64,000 bases of DNA from Eukaryota sp. TZLM1-RC (lineage: Eukaryota > Protista > Metamonada: BaSk clade), in contig JAUPSS010000004.1 of NCBI GenBank assembly GCA_040285825.1, positions 6,167,784-6,231,783 on the forward strand, read 5' to 3'. The notes beneath the pieces are model-generated. The model saw only the letters and a list, made by a program, of their open reading frames with translations. It did no database searches and was not told the DNA's origin. Shown here piece by piece: positions 35,162 through 47,228 of this stretch (within the stretch, counting starts at the first letter, position 1; each line of letters begins with the position of its first letter). A program made the position numbers and the translations under genes.

Positions 35162-38100
35162 ATGAACCTGGGCTGCTTTCTGTTACTACTCTGTACTGTG
35201 AGTGCTAGTACTCTCCTACTCACCACTGGTGTTGAAGATTTAACCACATAAAAATGTTGTAGGGGTCTTTGAACATATAGATACTGATGGTTTTTCCAAG
35301 GTAGATCTCTCTGAATACACAGATGTCATTGTTGCCTTTGATACTGCAATTCTCAACTCTGATGATGCCAGAGCTTTAATACAATTTGTGGAATCTGGGG
35401 GTCGTCTTGTTTTAGTTGGTGGCAGTTCCAGCAACACATTTCTAGCTACTCTTTCTAAACTCATCTCTATTGAAACTCCTTTTTGGCGTGATGTAGACGC
35501 CGAGATATCTATCTGGGACGAGGACTGTGCGTTGACTACTTTCTTACAAGATACAACGATCATTACCAACGATCATTCATTTACTATTTTTGGTGTTCCA
35601 GAAGACCCTTTTGCTCGTGTCTGCCTTCGTGATAAATTTGGTGTTTCTGCTGCAGTTGCAAAGGCCTGTGGTAAGGGTGTTGTCTCCTACATTTCCCTCC
35701 AGCCAGATAGGAGGTTCTATCAGAGTTCGTCGTCCCAGACATTCCTACGCCATCTTCTGTCCAATGCATTGTTGATCTTTCCACACCAAGCTCACTAGAA
35801 AAGGCCTGATGCTTTACTGGTATATGACGTTGATATTGAAGACGCCGTGCAAACAGTCTATTTTGAGTCAATGGTACGCCAATACTACACTACAAGTCAT
35901 TCGTCCTTTGATATCATTTACACCAACAATTATGAGACACTTCCATTATCAGAGTATAATCATTTGAATCTGTACATTAACGGGAACGACCACACCCAAC
36001 AGAAGTTTGAAACTCTGTACAAGACCGTGGAGAATGGTTTAAAAATTACTTTATTTGGAGGATCTACAGAGTTGTCACATGCTCTTCATAATAGCAACTT
36101 TTTAAAGGTAAACCCTGGTTCTCAATCTTGGGCTGAAGCATTGGCACCTTTTATTACTGATTTACCCTATCATCCTTTGCTTAAAGGTATAGAGAAGAAT
36201 GTTTCATTTGAAGATAAAGAATTTACACCATATTCTGTTCGTGTTTCCGATCCACGTGCCACCGTCGTTTTGCGAAATAGTGATGGATGGCCGGCATTTC
36301 TCACTAAACAGATTGGTAAAGGCTTTTTCACCTTTGCCACTCTAACCACTATTCTGAATCATACCAGTTCAGACAGATAGATTTTATCATCAATTGTCAG
36401 AAATTGCTTTGATCTCACGTACAGTGAAGCTAAGTTTAAGGCTCGTGATATTCTTTTAATCCAGATGGCACCTTATCCTGAAGATATTTCTGACTTATTA
36501 CATACAGAATGGTTCCTCAGAGACCAAGGCATCAAGTACAATGATATTGCCACTAATGAATATAATGACATCGACCCTTCTCTCCACTCAACTATCGTTC
36601 TTACGTTCAACGGGGGTTTATTACCGACAAATCAAATGAATGTTGTCAACTCTTGGCTGCAAAAAGGAAAAAGGGTGGTATTCTTTGGAGGTAGTTCATC
36701 TCAGTCTTATCTTTCCAATATGGATTCCATGTTCATCAAGCTTCGAACATTGTGAACACAATGGACATCCCGATCTGCAGTCAAGGATGCAGTTGTGGTT
36801 GATCAGTCTGATCCATTAACCAAGAATTTATCAATTTGATGGAACGTGTTCGCTTACTGCTGTTGATATAGCTGATCCCAATGCCAGAGTCTCCATCAGA
36901 AGAGAGAATGGATTTGGTTATCCTTTGGCTGTAACTAAGGTTGTGAATAGTGGTGTCTTTGTACTAGTTGACTTGGCTCTTGATTGCTATAAGGGAAATG
37001 ACTACCACTATTTCCAGCAATTACTATTAAATGCGATTCAAATCCAACACAAAGACACTCAGTGGACTAGGAAGAAAGTCCTTGTGTCAGTTTCTACTTC
37101 TGATGGCGATGATTCCCCAATGGAAATGAATGGACTCCAATACATACTTAAGGATATTGGTATTGAATATGATTTAATCATGCCCAATTCATTTTCTTCC
37201 ACTGATTTGGAATCCTACAGTACTTATTTTATTGCCTACAATGGGGGAACCTTTGAGGAAGATGAACTCTATGATGTCCTTTCCCTCTTAAAACAGAATA
37301 AAAAAGTTTCTTTTTGGGGAGGGTCACGAGATTTCCGGTTCAATTCAAATTTCAGGAAGATTTTCCATGTAACGCGTAGTTATGATTGGAGCCATACCGG
37401 TTTACCTCATCTAGAGTCATTTGAAACTGGTAGGTTCAATGCAAAACTTCCCAATAATGCCTCTTTTACCAAGTCTCTACAGTACAGTCTTCGTCCTTCT
37501 GGGTTGGATGGAGTAATTTACCAACGCAATGGCGATGGTTTCGGTGTTGTCGCTTGCAAGTCTACTGAGGACTGGGGATCTTCTCTTTTTGCTTTGACAA
37601 CATTTGTTCCCAGTTTTGAACAAGATTCTGATATGTTTTCCTATGTACGACAATTAGTTATCAATTTCTTTCAACTACAACCATCTGATTGTGTTAAAAG
37701 AACGCGGCGACATGCTGTTCAAGTTAGCCACAGCAGTTCAATGTTACCATCAGACTTCAAAACTGCCTTTAATACTGCTCAACATGCATTGGGTGGAAAG
37801 CCATTCAATCAAGGAGACTCACCCAGATTTAACTTGTACTTTGGAAATGAAGAACTCTTTGGTAATGATGTTTATGACTCAATTTTCATGATGGTCAATG
37901 GGAATGATTTAGAAGATTCTTTATGGGTCAAGCTTAACACATCTGTACATACCACAAGAACAAAGATTTTTTTCAGTGGAGGCAGTGCTGCATCAGCATT
38001 CTCCAACAGTTTTGATAAATATCTCATACGCAATTCATATGTTGGTTCTTGGAGAGCTTCCAACCAACCCGCTTATACTCTAACATCTTCCCATGGGCTC

Positions 38101-38340
38101 ACACGAGGTCTGCCTGGAGAACACCATGGTGAGATTAGCACAAGAACATATGTTATACAGATCTCTGATCATGATGCTACAGTTTTGGCTGTTAATGGGG
38201 ATAATGTTCCTTATTTGGTGGAAAAGAGAGTCAGTAGGTCATCCAGCATTGCTTATATTGTCACACCCTTCAGTGATTGGGAACGTGGAGACCTCTTTGT
38301 TCAACATGTGCTGATACATAATTTCTATCAGTATTTTTAG
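35162..38340 (+). pseudogene. Disrupted gene for a secreted multi-repeat protein (about five ~190-aa alpha/beta repeats, possibly GATase-1/flavodoxin-like)
   Basis: Signal peptide MNLGCFLLLLCTVSAS at 35162; recurring GG-R/K-x-V-F-F-GGS and D-P-x-A-x-V...N-x-x-G motifs. In-frame TAG at 35796 and 36378, TGA at 36753, frameshifts near 35250 and 36840. Confidence 0.65.
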
Positions 38341-39756
38341 TTGTAATAAACAATTGTAAATAACAACAAGTAGTTCATTGAACTGTGAAAACGAAGTACT
38401 AAAATAGCAGTGTTTCGGTAACTGATGTGTTGCTATCGGGTAAAATAGCATAAGATTAGCAGTTACATTAAAAGGAGACTAAAGCAGCAACATTGAGATG
38501 TAGTTATTCATATACTTGTTGAAGCAAGAAACCAAAAGAGTTACTACAAATGAGCTGGCTGTCAATCACCTGGTTCGAATTCAAATTTGAGAAATGACTG
38601 CGGAAAGCAATGTTAATTCAATGAATATATAAGAGAATTTGAGGCTAACAATATGGTGAATGGTGACGTGTCAACAGAAAACACAAACAAGTGTTACAAT
38701 TTTGTGTTCAACAAAATAATGGTAATAGTGAAGAACAAACATGACAGTGAGGAATGGAATTCATGGTTACGAGGACACGATTCAAATACTGAAAATTACC
38801 ACAAATTCAGAAAATATGGTGGCTAAATGTAAAAACTAGATTGCAACTAAGGTCTATAGTTTAACTTTATGGAGGATACCCATTATCCAAAGTTATATCC
38901 AATGACAAAAGAACTGAAAAGAATTGTTAACAATTAATTGACAAAAAATGGTGGAAGAAAAATGTTCTTCGTGTTTTGAAAAAGTATTTGAAACAAAAAT
39001 TAAAACATAGACTACAATTCCCAAAATGAGGAGGAAACATTATTGAGAGCCCCAATAGGCTACTGGAATGTAGAAAGGATCAGTGACTTAATGAGTACAA
39101 AGCAAGATGCAAATATGAAGAGAACAGAGAATCAGTCAAGGTAATGCATTGGAATATAAACAAGATGACTGATTTGAATATGTTGAATGTTTTTGATCGT
39201 TGGTTGTGTGGTAAAGAACAAAGACTGTATTTCTTAGAAATTAGTACTTTAGTTTCTGATTAGCAGATTTTAGTTATAGCTGGCATACGACAAAACGTCA
39301 CAATACTTTGAACGGAAATAATCAACGGGGAAGGTAATATTTATGAAGAAACGCTCATTCAAGGAGTTACCCTGCACTTTTAAAATAAAGTCAAGAATAA
39401 CTACCAACTCAAAACTAGGTCTGACGAAAATATTCACGGAAGAAGCACTAAGTACAGTTTGAAGCTGTGGGTTTGAGCAAAGATCCTAAAATCGAGAAAT
39501 CGAAATTTAGTTACGTCTTACATCTCAATTCAGTAACATCGCATCTTTACCAATATCTGATGCTATAAAGTTCTGCACACTTCTTCAAAAATTTGTTTGT
39601 GTTTGAATTTTTGAATATTTTGTTTACGAACTGAAATACAGATACACTCCTTTCCTTTTTTTGTAATGTTCCAGTCCTTTCACTGCATCTGTACTGTTGG
39701 ATCATTAGATTTGCCATTATTTGAATATTTTTTTTAAATTTAATTTTATTCTAAAC

Positions 39757-40400
39757 CTATAAATCAACATCCAAAAAATCCATCTCTCCCAAAACAAAAA
39801 CACTAGATGCAACTCTCTCATAGTGAGATCCAAGAGAAAGCAAAGCATCAGAAACCATCTTCAACATCCCCTTAAAAATAGAAAACACTATTCTATTTTG
39901 CCAAAACAATCTGTTGAAATTTCTGCCAGTTCTTCTCTTTACAATCATTTCAAAATCATCCAAAAAACGTAAAGCAGTTGGTGCAAGTGAACCAAAAAGG
40001 GAAAATACAAATGGATACAAATTGTATTTTGCATGCTGTAGACTGGCCAATTTGGACAAAGGTTCATTGTATTTTTGAATTTAAAATTTTCAGCATTTGA
40101 AAGGGGATTATGAATTTCAGAATTAACAAGCCTTTCATTTGAGGCATTACAAGGATCAACAGACATTACATCCAATAAAATAAAGCTTCCATCTAATCCA
40201 GGTAATATGACATCACCTCTATTATTCTTATGAAAATTATTTTCAGCATCAAACAGATTTGACAACAGAGGTTCCAAGAAGGATTCAATTCTATGAGATT
40301 TACACATACAATATAACTGGTCTCTTACAGCATCATGAACCTTGCTTCTAAAAGTAATAAAATGTTTACAATTTAACAAATGAGTATTTGAATATTTTGA
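39757..40400 (-). mobile_element. 3' fragment of CRE-like retrotransposon (family C, RLE)
   Basis: HDAVRDQLYCMCK, RGDVILPG...LLDVMSVDP, YPFVFSLFGSLAP. Confidence 0.85.
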
Positions 40401-40772
40401 ACAATATTAGAAAAAATAATTCCTTCATCACAACTTAGTTTTAGTTCAATATCCAGGCCAGAATTATACTAAATAGACAGAATCAACTAAGATTGAAAAA
40501 TGGCTGCTTCATTAAGTTAATCTTAACAATTAACCGAACTTACGTAACATCTGATTTTTGTGTGTCATTTAAGGTTTACCATTTTAAAAGAACCATAGCA
40601 AGACAAATATGGAAGAAGGGTAAAGCCAACAAAAATGAGACTAAAATGTTTGACCCCGCTTAAACTTTTTGGTACAACTACATTCACCAGAACTGCCATA
40701 CACTCGTGCATAATAATATCATCTTTACCCAAATCTGAATCAAATCTGAATCAAACCCATGAAAGCATTCTA

Positions 40773-41780
40773 ATGCTCTCACTGCTTATCCTATTCATCT
40801 TGTTGATCTCATCCAACGCCCATCTCTTCTATGCCTTGGAGAATGGAGATTATCTATCTCATTACTCTTTTGAAGTTCAACATGGAATCAGCTTACCACC
40901 CCATTCTAATGTCAACTTCACTTTAACTTTCAATCCCCTGCCCCCGACATTACTCTCATCCCTATCGTTGTCACCTCCTCCTGATGGATTGGAGTTTTCC
41001 TCTTCACAAAACTTGTCATCTTTTTTCCTTATTCCTGAAATCGCCAAATACTTTTATATTCCTCATTTACATCAGTTTCATATATTTTACCAAAATCCAA
41101 GACAAGCAGTGTCGCACGCATTCTCCCCAATTCGCGCTCTTCCAAGTTCTTTTCTTTTCCATTTAACTGAAATACTTGGTGAATTTCCAGTCGTTGACCT
41201 TCATTTTGCTTGCAAATCGTCTCTTTATAAGATATCTACGTGGCCGTATGTTTCAAATATTGATTTATTATTTCAATGCAACAGTAATGTTGATTTACCT
41301 TTTTTTAATATTTCACCTAATAGTTCTTCAATTGTTGAAGAACCCGCAGTTTCTTATCTTGGTCATGCCAAGGGTTTTAATCTTTATGGAATTGGTTATC
41401 TTGACGGTTCTAATATAAGTGTTGTTCACAATTTAAATAGTGAATTAGTTTTTATTTGTAGTAGTTTTAGGTGTAGCAATTGTTTTGGATTTAATTGTAC
41501 AGAAAAGCAGTTGGTGGTTCTCACTGATGAATCATCTATCAATTTCTCAATCAAAGTTGATTATGATTGTCCTCCTTTTTCTCAACTTCCACCTACTTAT
41601 TTTCAAGGAGTTGTTATTCCCCCTGGCTTTATTTATTCAGAAAACACTCTAATTCAAAGAACTAATTCTATTTTGTTCAAAGTCCCGGTTCCTGATGAAG
41701 CAATGATTATAAATGTTCCAGTAATCACTTGTTTGGTAATTGTAGCGATTGTTGTCAAACTTTTATTTAAAGGAGGTTAG
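40773..41780 (+). CDS. GPI transamidase subunit PIG-T/Gpi16-like (divergent, short)
   Basis: Signal peptide from M47 of ORF 40635; C-terminal ILFKVPVPDEAMIINV plus TM helix resembles PIG-T LxxLPTPDFSMPYNV. Confidence 0.65.
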   Translation: MLSLLILFILLISSNAHLFYALENGDYLSHYSFEVQHGISLPPHSNVNFTLTFNPLPPTLLSSLSLSPPPDGLEFSSSQNLSSFFLIPEIAKYFYIPHLHQFHIFYQNPRQAVSHAFSPIRALPSSFLFHLTEILGEFPVVDLHFACKSSLYKISTWPYVSNIDLLFQCNSNVDLPFFNISPNSSSIVEEPAVSYLGHAKGFNLYGIGYLDGSNISVVHNLNSELVFICSSFRCSNCFGFNCTEKQLVVLTDESSINFSIKVDYDCPPFSQLPPTYFQGVVIPPGFIYSENTLIQRTNSILFKVPVPDEAMIINVPVITCLVIVAIVVKLLFKGG

Positions 41781-42092
41781 CCTATATGGTGAATGATCCT
41801 AGGGTTTTTAGGGTTTTGCTTTCACATAATCAAAATGATGACTAGGGCTTGATGAGTAATTGAATGTTTGGATTCATTGTTCAGCAATTATCAACCACTA
41901 TTTTTGAATAAAGTGGCTCTTATTATGTGGCTTTTTGAGTTTTTTTAGACTCCTTCAGTTTTTGAAGTACAGTGATACCTGTACACTGTTTGTTTCCAAT
42001 TCATTTTTATTTTTATTTTTGAATATGTGTTTATTATATAATATGTATAGTTTTTTTAAATACTGTTTTTTTATTGAGATAAAAAAAACCAT

Positions 42093-42600
42093 CTAGAATT
42101 CAATATCCTCCAAACAAGCGTCACTATTACTAAACATACTTACAGCATTACGTTTATATTCTACACCAATAGCTAAAAGTGCCTTTGAAATCATTGTTGG
42201 AATAGACTTGAAAATGCAAAAAACAATTCTATTTAACCAGAAGGTGGAATTCATTTTTTTACGAGATCTATTGAGTAAAACTTTTTTGAAATCTGCAAAA
42301 AAGTGTAATCCTGAAGGTCCAATATTGCCAAAAAGAGAATTTGCAAACGGCACAAACTGATATTTCACATGTTCCACTCTACCTAACTGTGCCAAAGGTA
42401 CTTCATATTATTTTATCTTCTTTTTTTCGGCGTTAGATAACGGCGAATCAGCGGAATACACCAAACCAGCAGCCGAATTTTTGCAGACATCTACTGTGTC
42501 AACATCCACAACATTGAGAACACCATCGATACCTGGAGCTACTAAATCTGCCCTTCTTTTACAAAAGGAATCACCGGTTTGATCTGGATATAGCTTACTT
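42093..42600 (-). mobile_element. 3' fragment of family B-like retrotransposon (RLE)
   Basis: KRRADLVAPG...VVDVDTVDVCK, QLGRVEHVKYQFVPF, ends DACLEDIEF like the 20690-21168 copy. Confidence 0.85.
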
Positions 42601-42842
42601 ATTTGTACTGTCGATATCTTCAAATATTGAGCTCTATTTTTCAAAGGGGTAATTAAGTATTATTTGCTGTATGATGAGGTATCGAAAGAACAAATGATGG
42701 ATGAAAGTCATATCCTAATTGATCATGACTGAAGAGCCAATAAATACCTATTCTTGTTGCATAAACCTACACAAATGGAGATAAGTATTTTATATCACCA
42801 TAATATACAAGATAAAAAGCTAACATAGACAATATACACAAG

Positions 42843-44961
42843 CTAGGACATAGATACCTTTCTTAACCGTTTTCTAGCGTCTAACAAATCAATTCGTTCT
42901 TTAGAAGCATCATGAAGAGTTCTGGGACGACCTGCGGGAATGGGCTTGACAACTACAGAATTCTTGCTTCTTTGATAACCAAACTTTTCTGCTAGTTCAG
43001 CCGCTTGCTCAGAAAGTTTGCGTAAAAAGTTGCTTTGAGTTGTCTCTAATTCATGATTAGCTTGAATTAGATCATACTCTAGCTTCTTTTCATTTCTTCT
43101 GGCCTTCTGCAACTGTTCTTCCAATTCGTGACATCTCTTTAACAAGATATCTTCTGATGTTAATGTAGGACTTGGAGGTTTGGACACCTCTTGGTCGGTG
43201 ACGTCAGTAGAAACGGTTTGATTGTCGGGAGTTGGGGTCGCAGCAATGTCATTACTGACTTCCTGCTGAACTTCGTTTTGAACTTCTTGCTGAGCTTCTT
43301 TCTTAACCGTCTCGACACCACCTTCTGTTGACTGTGAAGGATTTTCAACAACTTTCTCAACAACCTTTTCAACAACTTTCTGCTGAACACCCTTGCCAAT
43401 CTTTTCTTTAAGACTAGCTACTTGTTCCTGAAGCTGGGCATTTGCCTGCTCCAAATAACGAGCTCTTGTCAACAGCAAAGCATCACTCTCTGACAATGCA
43501 GGTGGTTGATCAGCCATTTCAGCTAGTTTTTGGTTTGCTTCCTGTAAATCTGAATGCAAAACCTTGATTTCCTCTTGATGAGCTTCCTCAGTCATTTTTA
43601 ATTCTTCATATTCATCTCGCAATTCTTGCATCTTAGACTCATACTCCTCTCTAATCTTATCCTCCTTGACTTGCAACACAGCTTCTTTTTCTGGATCATA
43701 AGTGACAGGACCTTCGGTTTCTTGTGGTTTCTCTTCTTCTTCTTGCTGTTCTTCACCTTCTACTTCAAATGGACAAGGTTTTCCTGGAACGTAATCTGAA
43801 CTCTTATACCAAGCAATGGCCTTTTCCAATGACTTATTACGACCCCTCAACTCTGACACTTGTTTGGTTAGGTTGTCAATCATTCGCATCATCTCAGCTG
43901 GAGACCGTTGGGCATTTACCTTGGCCTTGAGCTTGATACTCTTAGCTCTCTGCCCAAACTTCAATGTAGATAAAGTTTCTTCTACATTAAATTCATGAGG
44001 AGAACACGCAATTAAGAGTGTTGTTTTACAATTTCCTCCCAATGCATCCTGCAGAATCCTAGTAAGTTTAGAGTTTCTAAATGGGATATGGGGAGATCCT
44101 TCAACTAGGGCGTTGATACAATTACCCAAAGCTGATAGTGATTGGTTAATCTTTTTAGCTTCAGCCAAGGTTTGTCCCTGTGCTCCCGTCTTTCCTACCT
44201 TCTCAGATCCCGCGAGATCCACAAGGTTGAGCTTAGCTTTACGAGTAGCACCGTCTGGGTTTTTCTGTTCCATTGTGATAACAAAAACGGAATGAGATCT
44301 TGAAGAGACAGCGTTCATCTGTGTGCAAGAGACTGATCTGGCAGCTTCACCAATATCCAAACATTCCATAATATCTTCGACAGTCCCTACGCATTGGGCA
44401 GTGAGCTGGTCCACAAAAACACCTTGATCTCGGCTTTCTTTTACTTTGAGGTTACGATTAGCGGGGTTTAACAGATCATTGATAGTTTCATTGTAAATCT
44501 CGAGGAAAGAACACTTAATGGTGTATTCAGATCCACTTTGATCTTGCTCAATATGTTCAAACATGTAGCGAGAGGCACGAGGGATGATACCATTGTTTTC
44601 GATGTTGCGTACATCACCAAACATAGACCAAGACTTACCTGCACCGGTTTGTCCGTAGGCGAAGATTGTACCGTTGAAACCTAAAGTAAGAAAAGAAGAG
44701 TCGGTACAAACCTTTGGTAATATCAAGGACGACAGGTTTAGCAGACTCTTCAAACATAAGAGGTTGTGAAGTGTTGGGGTCGAAGACACGGTCAAAGTTG
44801 AAAGTTTGTCTGCCAAGAGCAGAAGCGGCGACCTCGACAGTTTGAGGAGATTTGAAGAAGACTACCTCAGCAGCACCTACACCAGTTTCTTCCTGCTCCT
44901 TCTTCTCCCGTTTATTGATAGGACGGAAGCGAGCAATCACACGAACGTTACAGTCAGGCAT
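42843..44961 (-). CDS. Kinesin-1-like motor; intron 44681-44711
   Basis: NVRVIARFRP, GQTGAGKS, NAVSSRSH, LVDLAGSE, HIPFRNSKLT; 31-nt intron joins ITKG|FNGT; coiled-coil stalk and IAK-like VVKPI tail. Confidence 0.92.
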
Positions 44962-45519
44962 TTGAGAGGATTGACGAAGGATAACGTGTTTCTTTTTGGA
45001 ATAAAAATTGTAAATTCTCCATCTTTCAATTTCTGTAAACATATAAGTTCACAAAATTGTCAGTTTCCAAGGTGATCCTTCATCTTGGGCTAATAAACAC
45101 AATTGTATATCTTCTCACGAGTGAGAAATGTCAGAATACTTTGATACAGCCTACACTAAATAATGTCTCAACATAATCACAAACAACCACAGTGCTCTGT
45201 AATGAGTAAACCGCTTTTTATACTATCGTTCAGAGGCTATCATCAGTATCTGATGGCATTGGGAGCAGAATTTGTCGATGTCGTTCAACCTAATTTAATA
45301 GAAAAGTGGCTTAATGTGAATCCTCAAAGAGACAACACTGAAGGACAAAGTTTATTGGACCTCCATCTATAGTTATTCGCCGCAATCACTTCGACTTTTT
45401 TATACATCACAAAAAAATCTGCTGTATTGTCCAGAAAAGCAACAACCTACAAGAACGAAAATATACAATGAAAATCTCAACCAATTAGTCTTTGTTTTCA
45501 AATAATGTTTATTTATTAA

Positions 45520-45645
45520 ACAACTTATAATTCAAGATCCAAATAATCTATCTCTCCCAAAACAAAACCACTAGATGCAACTCTCCCATTTTCAGACACA
45601 AGAGATAGCAGAACATCAGAAACCAACTTCATCCCGTTAAAAAAA
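45520..45645 (-). mobile_element. Short 3' remnant of family C retrotransposon
   Basis: Matches 39757-39880 (ctcccaaaacaaaa..ctagatgcaactctc). Confidence 0.7.
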
Positions 45646-45734
45646 GAAAAAAGAAGACCAAAGCAAAAGGTCTCTTGTTTAAAAGGTCTTCCCACCATTC
45701 ACCATTTCAACCCAAAGAACGGATCCCTACTTAA

Positions 45735-47162
45735 ATGCGACGTCTCTACTTTAACATCATTCTTGGATGTCTTTCTACATTCATGTTTGGCTATGTGCTG
45801 AGTGCATTAAATATACCTTTAATCAAAAATCGTCCTGGTTTCATCGGTGCGGATATTCCCGAGCTTAATGATAGCATTTGGAAAGGAATCGTAACCAGTG
45901 CTGCAATCTTGGGTGCAATGATCTCCTCTTTTACTGGATCCAGGTTTGCCGACAAATATGGTAGACGAAAGACTCTTCTATGGACCAACTGTCTCTACAT
46001 TTCAGGTGCTATCATTATGTCCCTCGTATCCAATGTCTATACTTTTGCTGTTGGTAGATTTCTAGCCGGTCTTGGTGTTGGAGTCTCTTCCACTGTTGTC
46101 CCTCTCCTCATGTCCGAAATCTCACCCTCATCTCTACGAGGATTAGCCTCTGTCTGTACCCAAATGGGTGTCGTCACAGGCATCCTTTCTGGCACTCTTG
46201 TTGGTTCACTGGTCTCTAAAACCCCTCATGGATGGCGTATAACAGTAGGTTTCCTTGTCGTTCCTGCTATGATTCAATTGTCATTCTCAATGGTACTCGT
46301 TGAATCTCCTCGATGGTTGGCCGCTGTATGGGTCAAAAAGGATGAGGAAATGGCAAGACACAAGGTCAGAAATGCGTTGACCAAGCTTAGAAATAGTTGC
46401 GTTCAAGAGGAAGCTGAAGCAATTGTAACTGAAGTTGGTCAGAGTCAACAAGAATCTTGCAGAAATTCCACGAAACTTACAGGTTGCGCAAAACCTGTTT
46501 TCTTTGGTGTTTTTCTTAATATTGTTCAACAGTTTTCAGGAATTAATGCCATCATTTATTATTCCTCTGAAATTTTTGCTTCTGCTGGTTTTGACGGTCG
46601 AGAAGAGCTCGCTACGGTTATTACGATGTTAGTCAATGTGATTTCCACCATTTTCGCTGTCAAACTCGTCGATATTGTTGGAAGGAAAAGTCTTCTCTCG
46701 TTTGGACTGGGTGGACAAATTGTTTCTCTAAGTCTTTTAGTTCTTTGTCCTTTCTTCGTCAATGAATCTGAACCTGTGTATTTTTATTTTTCCTTATTTG
46801 GAATTTTGTTCTACATTGCTTCGTTTGCAATTGGTCCAGGAGCCGTTCTTTGGTCTATTGTGGCTGAAATTTTTCCAGATCATGCCAGAGCTAGTGGTGT
46901 TTCTATTGCTTTGGGTACCAATTGGACTTGTAATTTGATTATTTCTCTTGGTTTTTTGAAAATTGTTGAGTTTTTTGATCACAATTTAGCGCCAGTTTTC
47001 TTTTTGTTTTTATTAATTTGTATAGCTGGTTTTGTTTTGGTTTTATTCTTAATTCCAGAGACAAAAGGGAAATCTTTCTCTGAAATCTCCAAACTGTTAG
47101 GATTAAATCAGGAGTTAATTGGAGAAAATACCAGTTTATTGAATAATGTACAGGATGTTTAA
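45735..47162 (+). CDS. MFS sugar porter (hexose/inositol transporter family)
   Basis: DKYGRRK, ESPRWL, QQFSGINAIIYY, PETKGK motifs; multiple TM segments. Confidence 0.93.
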   Translation: MRRLYFNIILGCLSTFMFGYVLSALNIPLIKNRPGFIGADIPELNDSIWKGIVTSAAILGAMISSFTGSRFADKYGRRKTLLWTNCLYISGAIIMSLVSNVYTFAVGRFLAGLGVGVSSTVVPLLMSEISPSSLRGLASVCTQMGVVTGILSGTLVGSLVSKTPHGWRITVGFLVVPAMIQLSFSMVLVESPRWLAAVWVKKDEEMARHKVRNALTKLRNSCVQEEAEAIVTEVGQSQQESCRNSTKLTGCAKPVFFGVFLNIVQQFSGINAIIYYSSEIFASAGFDGREELATVITMLVNVISTIFAVKLVDIVGRKSLLSFGLGGQIVSLSLLVLCPFFVNESEPVYFYFSLFGILFYIASFAIGPGAVLWSIVAEIFPDHARASGVSIALGTNWTCNLIISLGFLKIVEFFDHNLAPVFFLFLLICIAGFVLVLFLIPETKGKSFSEISKLLGLNQELIGENTSLLNNVQDV

Positions 47163-47228
47163 TTTATTTTGAAAACATTATTGTAAATTTTAAATAAAGT
47201 TATTATTAAATAGGTGGTAATTTTATTT

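Noticed and set aside
35796-36755. Stop-codon reassignment suggested by in-frame TAG/TGA
   Set aside because: TAG terminates at least seven genes here, long genes have no internal stops, and the same locus has frameshifts.
38452-38462. AAGATTAGCA similar to U6 snRNA
   Set aside because: Lacks the ACAGAGA box and the downstream U6 stem-loop.
38400-39700. Decayed coding-like DNA (also 29250-29950, 34700-34930, 45100-45450, 53850-54290)
   Set aside because: No ORF or motif I can support.
41798-41818. tagggtttttagggtttt telomere-like sequence
   Set aside because: Only two imperfect units.
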